64,000 nt of DNA, from IMG/VR virus record IMGVR_UViG_3300023110_001595, positions 1 to 64,000 of that record, one strand, 5' to 3'. A program made the translations under genes and the position numbers. A model generated the notes under the pieces. That model did not search any database and had not been told where the DNA came from. It saw nothing but the letters and a program-made list of their open reading frames with translations. This DNA comes from a virus. Below, piece after piece: positions 56,591 through 64,000 of the stretch (positions are counted from its first letter, which is position 1; each line of letters starts with the position of its first letter).

Positions 56591-59500
56591 TTATCGGGGT
56601 AGCGATATTGTTTTGTCTGTTATAAATTTAGCAATTTGATTTTCACTGTCTGCTATACTTTTTCCTGGATCTGTCCAAGTTTTTCCTGTTTTTCTAATTA
56701 CTTCAATTATGGTTCCATTTGCAGGTGGATCAATATAATCTGCCAAATATAATGCAGTTACAGTGCTATCTCCCCACACAATTGTTTCCATTGTAACTTC
56801 TGGAGCACGAGTAACATCTGCTTCTGGTGAATCTTGATCTATTGTGTGGTCAAACTCTACTATATTATCTTTACGTAATCTAGTACCTGCTAAGAATACA
56901 TCAATTTCATCAATACTGCTTGGTGTGAAATCAAGTATAAATTGTTTACTACTACTATCACCAATAAATGTTGTTTTTATAACTTCATCTTTGTATGGAA
57001 TATTTTCTTCAATGCCTTGGCCTGTAACTTTTGTGCCTACTTCATAAGTAGATTTTACACCAGTGCCTAGTGTACCTCTACGTACCTGTCTTAACAAATT
57101 GCCATCCAATGTGTAATATTCAATACGTTCTTTATCTATCCATACAACACCTGGTGTACCTAATGCTTTATTAGGTGATTGTATACCAGTTGAGTCTTTT
57201 AATTGAATAACTTGATCATAATAATTCAAAGGTTGTTGCAATTCATATTCGTTTTGATTGTTTAATCTCTTATAATGATATCTATTCAACATATCTTTGA
57301 ATATTCTAAATCCAAATTTTGGTTTACTTGTCTGTGCAGCAAATTGTAACACATCGATTTTATCATTTGGTAGTACTTTTTTATAAAGTTGTACACCGTC
57401 TTTTGCAGTAGATATTTTATAATCTTTTTGTGGAACTTGGATTTCTCCGTTTACAAATACCCAAACATAATTTGCACTCAGTGCTGGTTTTTGTAATTTA
57501 ACAAAACCTTTACTCAATAAGTTTTTATCAATGTATTCTTGAGAACCAACAGGTGCTTGATTTGTATTCCATACAACATCATAACTGTTTCTTTCAAACT
57601 CATTAATGTCATGATTGCTAAACGTATACACACTAACTGTTTCCCAAGCATCTGGTGCTTCTTTTAAGACTAAATTATCTGTCTCAACCAGTGTTACATC
57701 TAGTAATTTTAAATCTGCTGTGCTTTCATCATTTGCAACCATTGCAGGAGTATCATCAGTGCTTTTTAATTCAAACAAGTCTCTAACATATCCTTGTAGT
57801 TCAATAGTCATATTATCACCATCACGAGTAAAACTTTCTACTCTTGCATTAACTATTGTGCTATCGTCTGTTAATCTAAATGACACATCTTGGTCTCTTA
57901 CTAAGTCGTCAAGTGCAGAACCATTTTCAATTACAACTTGTGTGTTAAAGAAGAAATACTCTGCATCTCTTATAATAAAAATTTCTAATTTTGCACCAGG
58001 AAGTGCAACATTGTTTGACAAAATTTCAACCCTGCCATTTAGAGGATCATAATTCCATTCTTCGTCTGATAATAAAACTTCATCTAAATAAACAATAACA
58101 TCTTTACTGTCAATTGCAGTAGTATCTTCAAATTGCCAGGCTTGAATGTCATACTGTCTCGCTATAGTTGTAGTATAACCAATTCTGTATCCCGGATGTA
58201 AAAACTTTGACCCTTTTTCACGCTGTACTAATACATTGCTTGCATATGGTTTTTTCAAAGAAGGTACAGCAACATCGTTTGTAAATCTGTGTGTAATGTT
58301 TAACCCATCAGTAACCATGGTTTTATCGATAACCATTTCACTAAACTGATTTAGTTTTTCACTATACACAGTGTATCCAATTACAGTGCCTTCATCTAAA
58401 ACGGTAGGAAATTCTAAAGTACCAAATCCATCAGCATTAGTATCATATCCGTATTGTGTAGCAGGTTCTTGTTTGACTCCATTCACAGTAACAAAAGTAC
58501 TTTGTTCTTCTGTAAAACGTATGGGCAATTCGTAATATGTATTTGTCCCATCTGCAATAATATTATCACTATCTAAAATATTGACTCCGTTGGTTCCAAT
58601 GCTTACAATTGTTAAATTTTTGTTTGCAGCGATTGCAGAACTATCTGCTAAACTTAGAAGTCTAGTTTCAAAATCTAGTTTTAAATCAGCATTGTCTATA
58701 ACTTCACCTTCGACTGTTACAACCACAGTATTTTCTGTCTGCGGAAATGCGTCAAATTCCCATTCTATTGTTGTGCCATCTGTAAGATAACTTCTTGTAG
58801 AAATAATACCTTGTCCTTCGCTAACACGACTGTAAACTTGAATATCAACTGCATCTAAAACTTGGCCAGGTACTTGTTCTTCAGGGCCTTTACTAGTAGT
58901 TGGTGTAACAAATCCATCTCCATCCACAACAATATCACCAGGATCTATACCTGTTGCTGTGGTATACTGAAATCCTCCACCTTGTAAACTAACGTCAAAT
59001 GCTGTGCTTTCAGGTGTAAAGCTACCGTCGCTGGTTGATTTTCTCACAACAATTACATCATCAGCTTTTGTAGTAATCACATCGCTATCTAAGAATATAG
59101 TTAATGAAATATCGTCACCTTGTGGTGATACCATTTTTGCATTAGGATTAGTTCCTGTAGCAGGATATGCAGGATCATCAATACGCACATTGTTTAAATA
59201 AACATTGTATGTGACACCCGATTCTAATACTTTAGACAAATTAACTATTTGTGTACTTCCGTCTAAAACAATTATTTCATCTTCATTGTTTATATCATAG
59301 GTATCAAAATCAATGCCAAATCCTTGTAAGTCCCAACCTAGACTTTCTCCAAATCCAATGCTATCAACTTGAACTCCACCATAATCAACTCCGTCCATTA
59401 ACTGAGATAATTCTTTACCTGGCATTCCGGTTGTTGGATTGTAGAAGAAATTAATTCTATCCGCTGCTGTCAACAAGTCAGTTGATTTTTTATAATTAAT

Positions 59501-62500
59501 AATTACTTCTGCATTATTTGCAGGTGCATTAGTAAAAGTTATTCTTCCTGTGTATCTTTCATAACTTCTTGTTTTATCTAATTCGTTTGATATTGTAAAA
59601 TCACTTATTAGTTGGTCTACGCCTCCTACAGTAATTGAAATATCTGCACTACGAGTACTCAAAGGCCACTTCAAATTAAATTCTGTTAAGCCACCATTGC
59701 CAACAAATGTTTCTGTTTCGTCTAAAGTTGTGAACAAGTAATTGCCTGAAACTCTATCAAATTTCATTAACATATGTGTGTTACGCACTAAGTTATTGCC
59801 TATAACAGCATAAACAATAGCCTCTTCGCCATCTTCATTTAATCCACCATTAATAGTAACTGTAGGTGTATTGAAATATTTTGCACCAACAGTATCTACT
59901 TCAATATAACCAATGCTGTCACCACTTAGATAAGCAAAACCTTCAAGTGTTGGACCACCGCCTCCTTCGACTGTGATATTCGCAGTGTTTACATATCCGC
60001 TTCCGCCACTGTAAATCACAAATTCTTTGATTTCAAATCCTACATTATCATACCAATTACGTTTTGGATATTCTAAAACTTCGCTGTCTACATTTTCAAA
60101 ATTATTGTTTATAAATTTAATTGCTTCAGGTACAACCTTTCCTACCACAGGATCATAACTTGGAGGCAAATCAAAATCAGTGACGTTGGTTTGTGTTGGT
60201 TCAATCTTTTCATAAGCACTTACATATTCTCTAATCTTTGTACTATAAGGTTTTACCTCACTGATATACTCCTGATAATTTGGTAAGTTATCATTTTGAT
60301 ATGTGATTTTTTGCGCAAGTTCACCTACATTGTGTTTTGCGGTTACAAAACTAGATTTGAATATCCAGTCTACATCAATTTGTTCACTAATAGCATATCT
60401 TACACTACTGAAGAATAATTTGTTCCATTCAACTTCTAATTGATCTACAAACAAATTATTTTGAATCGTATTTAAAATAATACGTGTTTCTTGTGTAGGT
60501 TCTCTATCATAGAAACTTGTGTCATAAATTTGCTTATCATAACCTACAGATTCGTTTTGATACAATGTTGTTGTAAATTGAATTGTACCATTTTGTCTAC
60601 CAATAGTTTTATAATTTACAGTATAATCAACATTTGATTGATTGTCAATCTTTTCTAACAACAACCAGCCGCCTGTGCCTATGGTTTCAATTTTAATAAC
60701 ACTACCAATTATGTCATCTAAACTTTCTAATTCATATGCACCTGGAATAATAAAGTTTATTGCTGTTTCTGCATTATATCCTTGTGCATACCAATCTTCA
60801 TAGTTCCAATAAAGTGTAGTGTCGTAATCTTGTATTTGATTTCTAAACCACTCGCCTGTACTTGCAATCCAGTTGTAGATTGCCCAGAAACCACCTATGC
60901 TAGAATCGTTTTTAACAAGTACACTAAATGGACGTACAATCAATGTTGTGTTATCTAAATAATTTTTACCACCATTTAAGATTTCAACACTTGTAACTTG
61001 TCCTAAGTTGTTTATGTATGTTTTAATTTCTGCACCATAACCTGTGCCTTCAATTGTTACAGTTGGGCCATCTCTTGTTGCACCGCTGGTATAATTACTG
61101 TCAATATAGCCACGCCCTGCATTTGTAATTTGTACTTCAGTTATCGTACCGTCTTCAATAATCGGTGTAAGAACAGCCTGTTCAATTTTTGCAGTACCAA
61201 TAAAACGTAATAAATTTTCACTTTCTATTTCTGTATCCCATAAATGACTATATTTGCTCGGAGCAGGATCAATTTGTTGCAATGGTGATATATCAAACTC
61301 ATCAACAACTACATAACCTTTCAAAACACCATTTACACGCTCAACAATCTGTTTGAGTGCTTCTTTACGGTTTACAAACATACTTTGGTTTGGTTCATTT
61401 AAAATACCAAAACGTCTAGCAATACTTACTCTAGTATCTGGCAATTGAATATTTTGTTCATTGTATCCAACAAGACTATCTACCCATTTGTCAACAATGT
61501 CTGTATTAGGTTTGCTACTTGCTAAACCTTCTGTTAACAATTGGTATTCGCTATGTATGTTATTTTCTTCATTATCAGAAACTGAATAATCAATATGTAA
61601 AACTGTATTTTTATCTTTGATTAAATTTTTAACATTGTGTAACGCAAATGTTTGACTGTCAAAAAGATTAATATATCTGTATCCTTGTCCTGCAGGATCT
61701 TTAATTAAATTTTCTACATTATTTGCGCTAATATTTCTGCCATAAGTGTTTGGAACAGTAGTCTTTCCTTTGACCCAGAAGTAATATCTAGGCACTGCAA
61801 TACCTGTTATTGCATCATATGTGTTTGTAATTGTATATGTATCATCGCCGTATAAACTTAAACCACTTATACCATCTGCTAAACCTTCGGTTGTATCTGC
61901 TATACTGTCCCATTCGCTGGGTAGATATTCACTTTCTACCCATTCGTATACGTCAATATCAAACCCTGGCACTATTTGATTCCAATAGTTGGATTTATAT
62001 TGTATATCTCCTTGATATGGTGTATACCATTTTACAGTATCTATATTCCACCATAGCTTTCCAACGTGTTCTTTGCCCCATAAATCAGCAGATCCTGTAT
62101 TTGTCGATCCAGTGTTATAAACAGCAGGATCATAATATAATTTGTAAGATATTTCTTGCTCTGCTGGTCCAGCAATACGTCCTTGAATCGGATCAATAAA
62201 ATCTAAATATGTAATTAAATCTTTTGTTGTTTTGTCGTATAACCACACACCTTTAACTTTTGCTAGATTGACATATCTATCAACTTCGGCAGTAAGTGTC
62301 CAAGCTGTTGCACCTATGTTAGTTCTAAAATCTTGTATGACTCCAACATTGTTAGTACTATCTCCTAAAATAACATCTAGTGGTTGAGATGGCGCAACCA
62401 TATACAGGTGGTTTCTATTCAAATATCCATATGCTCTATTTGCCTGTGTCACATCTGTACTTGTAAATAATTTTTCAGCATAGATCATTCCGTCTTTTGT

Positions 62501-64000
62501 TTCGTTCAAAACTTCATACAAATATACTTGCGAATTGTCTTTTACTGCGTCAATTATTTGTGTAGTAGAATTGTCAAAAGTTGTAGGAGTTTCTAATGGT
62601 GTAGATGTGTCGTCTTTAACATATCTACTGCCAAGTGAAGTGATTGCTCCAGGCAATAATTCGCTGTATGAATCAAATGTTGTTTCAAATTGAGTATCAC
62701 CACGTTCGCTTGTAACTGCTAGACGTGTATCTTCTAAATCAACATATACTCCAAATCTGTTGTTCTTTTCTCCATCAGGTGAATATAATTCTTGGTCTAA
62801 TGCAAATTGACTGTTTTGTAATTTGTATAGGTATACTTTACCATTAAGTATTCCGGCAGCATCTGAATTAGGAGCACCAATTGCTAATCTAGATCCGTTG
62901 CTGTTTAATGAAATACTATATCCAAAAAATTCGTTGTCAACTGGAGAATCAATATTTTGGTCAAAAACATATCTGTTGTTTTGTTTTCTATATATAGCAA
63001 CACGATATTCACTACCAGATAAAACGCCTGATAATGCTAACACTTCACCATTTTCACTTATATCATATGTGATACCAACATCACTTGCTAATCCAAAACC
63101 ACTACTATCTTCATTATATAAATCTGTTGCTTCGTCGAGATCAGATGTTACATAACCAGTATAATCAACATAAGTATCAAGCTGATTCCATAAATTTGAA
63201 TCAAAGGGATTACCTGCCGGTACAAGTGTATTAGCTTGATACAAACTACCTAAGTAATACACAATTTCATTTTCAATATATTTTCTTACAGTGTTCCATT
63301 CACCTCTATAACTTTCATCAATATTATATCTGTAAGATTCAACATCATTATCTACTTGGTTTGTAATGATATATACTCTACCATTATCAGCTAAACTTCT
63401 AATATACAAATGATAATCAAAATCATTAGGAGACACAACTTTTACACCGAGTCCAAATTTTTCATCTGTACCAGGAGCACTGCTCAATATAATGTCAACT
63501 AATTCAAAGTTATTATCAACAAGTTTTTTATAAATGTAAACAACACCTTGATTTGTATACTTGCTCGGTAATGCTGCTGCATCTGCTTTTATAATTTCTA
63601 CTTTTTGCCAATCTTGGCTATCTAAGTCTATTGTACTACTTTCAACTGTTACATCTCTTAGAGCTTGCCAAAGTACACCTTTGCTACTTACAATATCACC
63701 TGCAACATATGCGTCTAAAGGATCTAACTCACCCAAGTATCTACTCTTAACATTAGTTGCTGTAGGTGCGCCAACATATAGATATTGTCCGTCTGCAGAA
63801 ATATCTACACTAGATCCAAATTCTCCGTCATCATGATAAGTTGTGATAGCATCTAATGTTTGCGATAATTTAAAATCTAATGCTTCGCTACTTCTTGTAT
63901 AAATGTAAACTCTTCCGTATCCTAAATCAGGAGCACCTACGGCCATTATTGTGTTATTGTAACTTGCAGATACACTACGTCCGTATTTGTAACTGCTTTC
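56591..64000 (-). CDS. giant baseplate wedge/structural protein with FG-GAP-like propeller repeats (5' partial)
   Basis: More than 2450 aa. The frame stays open to the window edge (ESSYKYGRSVSASYNNTIMA...). Contains repeated FG..V....VGAP....G.VY and VKPYSTKIRE. Confidence 0.8.
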   Translation of the reverse strand, partial: ESSYKYGRSVSASYNNTIMAVGAPDLGYGRVYIYTRSSEALDFKLSQTLDAITTYHDDGEFGSSVDISADGQYLYVGAPTATNVKSRYLGELDPLDAYVAGDIVSSKGVLWQALRDVTVESSTIDLDSQDWQKVEIIKADAAALPSKYTNQGVVYIYKKLVDNNFELVDIILSSAPGTDEKFGLGVKVVSPNDFDYHLYIRSLADNGRVYIITNQVDNDVESYRYNIDESYRGEWNTVRKYIENEIVYYLGSLYQANTLVPAGNPFDSNLWNQLDTYVDYTGYVTSDLDEATDLYNEDSSGFGLASDVGITYDISENGEVLALSGVLSGSEYRVAIYRKQNNRYVFDQNIDSPVDNEFFGYSISLNSNGSRLAIGAPNSDAAGILNGKVYLYKLQNSQFALDQELYSPDGEKNNRFGVYVDLEDTRLAVTSERGDTQFETTFDSYSELLPGAITSLGSRYVKDDTSTPLETPTTFDNSTTQIIDAVKDNSQVYLYEVLNETKDGMIYAEKLFTSTDVTQANRAYGYLNRNHLYMVAPSQPLDVILGDSTNNVGVIQDFRTNIGATAWTLTAEVDRYVNLAKVKGVWLYDKTTKDLITYLDFIDPIQGRIAGPAEQEISYKLYYDPAVYNTGSTNTGSADLWGKEHVGKLWWNIDTVKWYTPYQGDIQYKSNYWNQIVPGFDIDVYEWVESEYLPSEWDSIADTTEGLADGISGLSLYGDDTYTITNTYDAITGIAVPRYYFWVKGKTTVPNTYGRNISANNVENLIKDPAGQGYRYINLFDSQTFALHNVKNLIKDKNTVLHIDYSVSDNEENNIHSEYQLLTEGLASSKPNTDIVDKWVDSLVGYNEQNIQLPDTRVSIARRFGILNEPNQSMFVNRKEALKQIVERVNGVLKGYVVVDEFDISPLQQIDPAPSKYSHLWDTEIESENLLRFIGTAKIEQAVLTPIIEDGTITEVQITNAGRGYIDSNYTSGATRDGPTVTIEGTGYGAEIKTYINNLGQVTSVEILNGGKNYLDNTTLIVRPFSVLVKNDSSIGGFWAIYNWIASTGEWFRNQIQDYDTTLYWNYEDWYAQGYNAETAINFIIPGAYELESLDDIIGSVIKIETIGTGGWLLLEKIDNQSNVDYTVNYKTIGRQNGTIQFTTTLYQNESVGYDKQIYDTSFYDREPTQETRIILNTIQNNLFVDQLEVEWNKLFFSSVRYAISEQIDVDWIFKSSFVTAKHNVGELAQKITYQNDNLPNYQEYISEVKPYSTKIREYVSAYEKIEPTQTNVTDFDLPPSYDPVVGKVVPEAIKFINNNFENVDSEVLEYPKRNWYDNVGFEIKEFVIYSGGSGYVNTANITVEGGGGPTLEGFAYLSGDSIGYIEVDTVGAKYFNTPTVTINGGLNEDGEEAIVYAVIGNNLVRNTHMLMKFDRVSGNYLFTTLDETETFVGNGGLTEFNLKWPLSTRSADISITVGGVDQLISDFTISNELDKTRSYERYTGRITFTNAPANNAEVIINYKKSTDLLTAADRINFFYNPTTGMPGKELSQLMDGVDYGGVQVDSIGFGESLGWDLQGFGIDFDTYDINNEDEIIVLDGSTQIVNLSKVLESGVTYNVYLNNVRIDDPAYPATGTNPNAKMVSPQGDDISLTIFLDSDVITTKADDVIVVRKSTSDGSFTPESTAFDVSLQGGGFQYTTATGIDPGDIVVDGDGFVTPTTSKGPEEQVPGQVLDAVDIQVYSRVSEGQGIISTRSYLTDGTTIEWEFDAFPQTENTVVVTVEGEVIDNADLKLDFETRLLSLADSSAIAANKNLTIVSIGTNGVNILDSDNIIADGTNTYYELPIRFTEEQSTFVTVNGVKQEPATQYGYDTNADGFGTLEFPTVLDEGTVIGYTVYSEKLNQFSEMVIDKTMVTDGLNITHRFTNDVAVPSLKKPYASNVLVQREKGSKFLHPGYRIGYTTTIARQYDIQAWQFEDTTAIDSKDVIVYLDEVLLSDEEWNYDPLNGRVEILSNNVALPGAKLEIFIIRDAEYFFFNTQVVIENGSALDDLVRDQDVSFRLTDDSTIVNARVESFTRDGDNMTIELQGYVRDLFELKSTDDTPAMVANDESTADLKLLDVTLVETDNLVLKEAPDAWETVSVYTFSNHDINEFERNSYDVVWNTNQAPVGSQEYIDKNLLSKGFVKLQKPALSANYVWVFVNGEIQVPQKDYKISTAKDGVQLYKKVLPNDKIDVLQFAAQTSKPKFGFRIFKDMLNRYHYKRLNNQNEYELQQPLNYYDQVIQLKDSTGIQSPNKALGTPGVVWIDKERIEYYTLDGNLLRQVRRGTLGTGVKSTYEVGTKVTGQGIEENIPYKDEVIKTTFIGDSSSKQFILDFTPSSIDEIDVFLAGTRLRKDNIVEFDHTIDQDSPEADVTRAPEVTMETIVWGDSTVTALYLADYIDPPANGTIIEVIRKTGKTWTDPGKSIADSENQIAKFITDKTISLPR

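Noticed and set aside
123-63836. Numerous 60-175 aa ORFs antisense or out of frame to long genes (e.g. 28403..28855, 54710..55237, 57615..58052)
   Set aside because: They lie fully inside well-supported genes, lack RBS and motifs, and look like shadow ORFs of biased codon usage.
1-64000. CRISPR array, tRNA/rRNA, IS/integrase, intron/intein, DGR
   Set aside because: Intergenic gaps are nearly all under 100 bp. I saw no spaced direct repeats, cloverleafs, transposase, RT or homing-endonuclease motifs by eye.
1-64000. Stop-codon reassignment, as seen in some large phages
   Set aside because: Standard-code ORFs tile the window almost completely with intact domains.

Overview
This window is a dense, AT-rich segment of a large tailed dsDNA phage, a T4-superfamily or jumbo-type myovirus judging by its baseplate and fibre genes and TAAATA-type late promoters. 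The host cannot be determined from the sequence. It has three parts. (1) 1-8.6 kb, + strand: the end of a QueE-like radical SAM gene, an MBD4-like HhH glycosylase, a T4 RNase H-like 5'-3' exonuclease, an Smr protein, a MoxR AAA + vWA/metallopeptidase pair and small hypotheticals, several with sigma70-type promoters. (2) About 8.6-48.3 kb: a large tailoring-enzyme island with 11 radical SAM enzymes, 4 QueC-like PP-loop ATPases, 2 membrane fatty-acid desaturases, 3-4 2OG-Fe(II) hydroxylases, about 6 glycosyltransferase-like genes, 3 SGNH-like proteins, an SDR, a methyltransferase, a nitroreductase, an adenylation enzyme, GNAT-like and sulfotransferase-like genes, interleaved with two fibre-like virion genes and a subtilase. 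(3) 48.3-64 kb, - strand: tail, baseplate and fibre genes, the last running off the window. The most interesting signal is the island, which looks like a phage-encoded biosynthetic system of unknown product. My inference is virion or host-envelope glyco/lipid decoration. I found no tRNA, rRNA, CRISPR array or mobile element. All family calls come from motif recognition by eye, not database searches.
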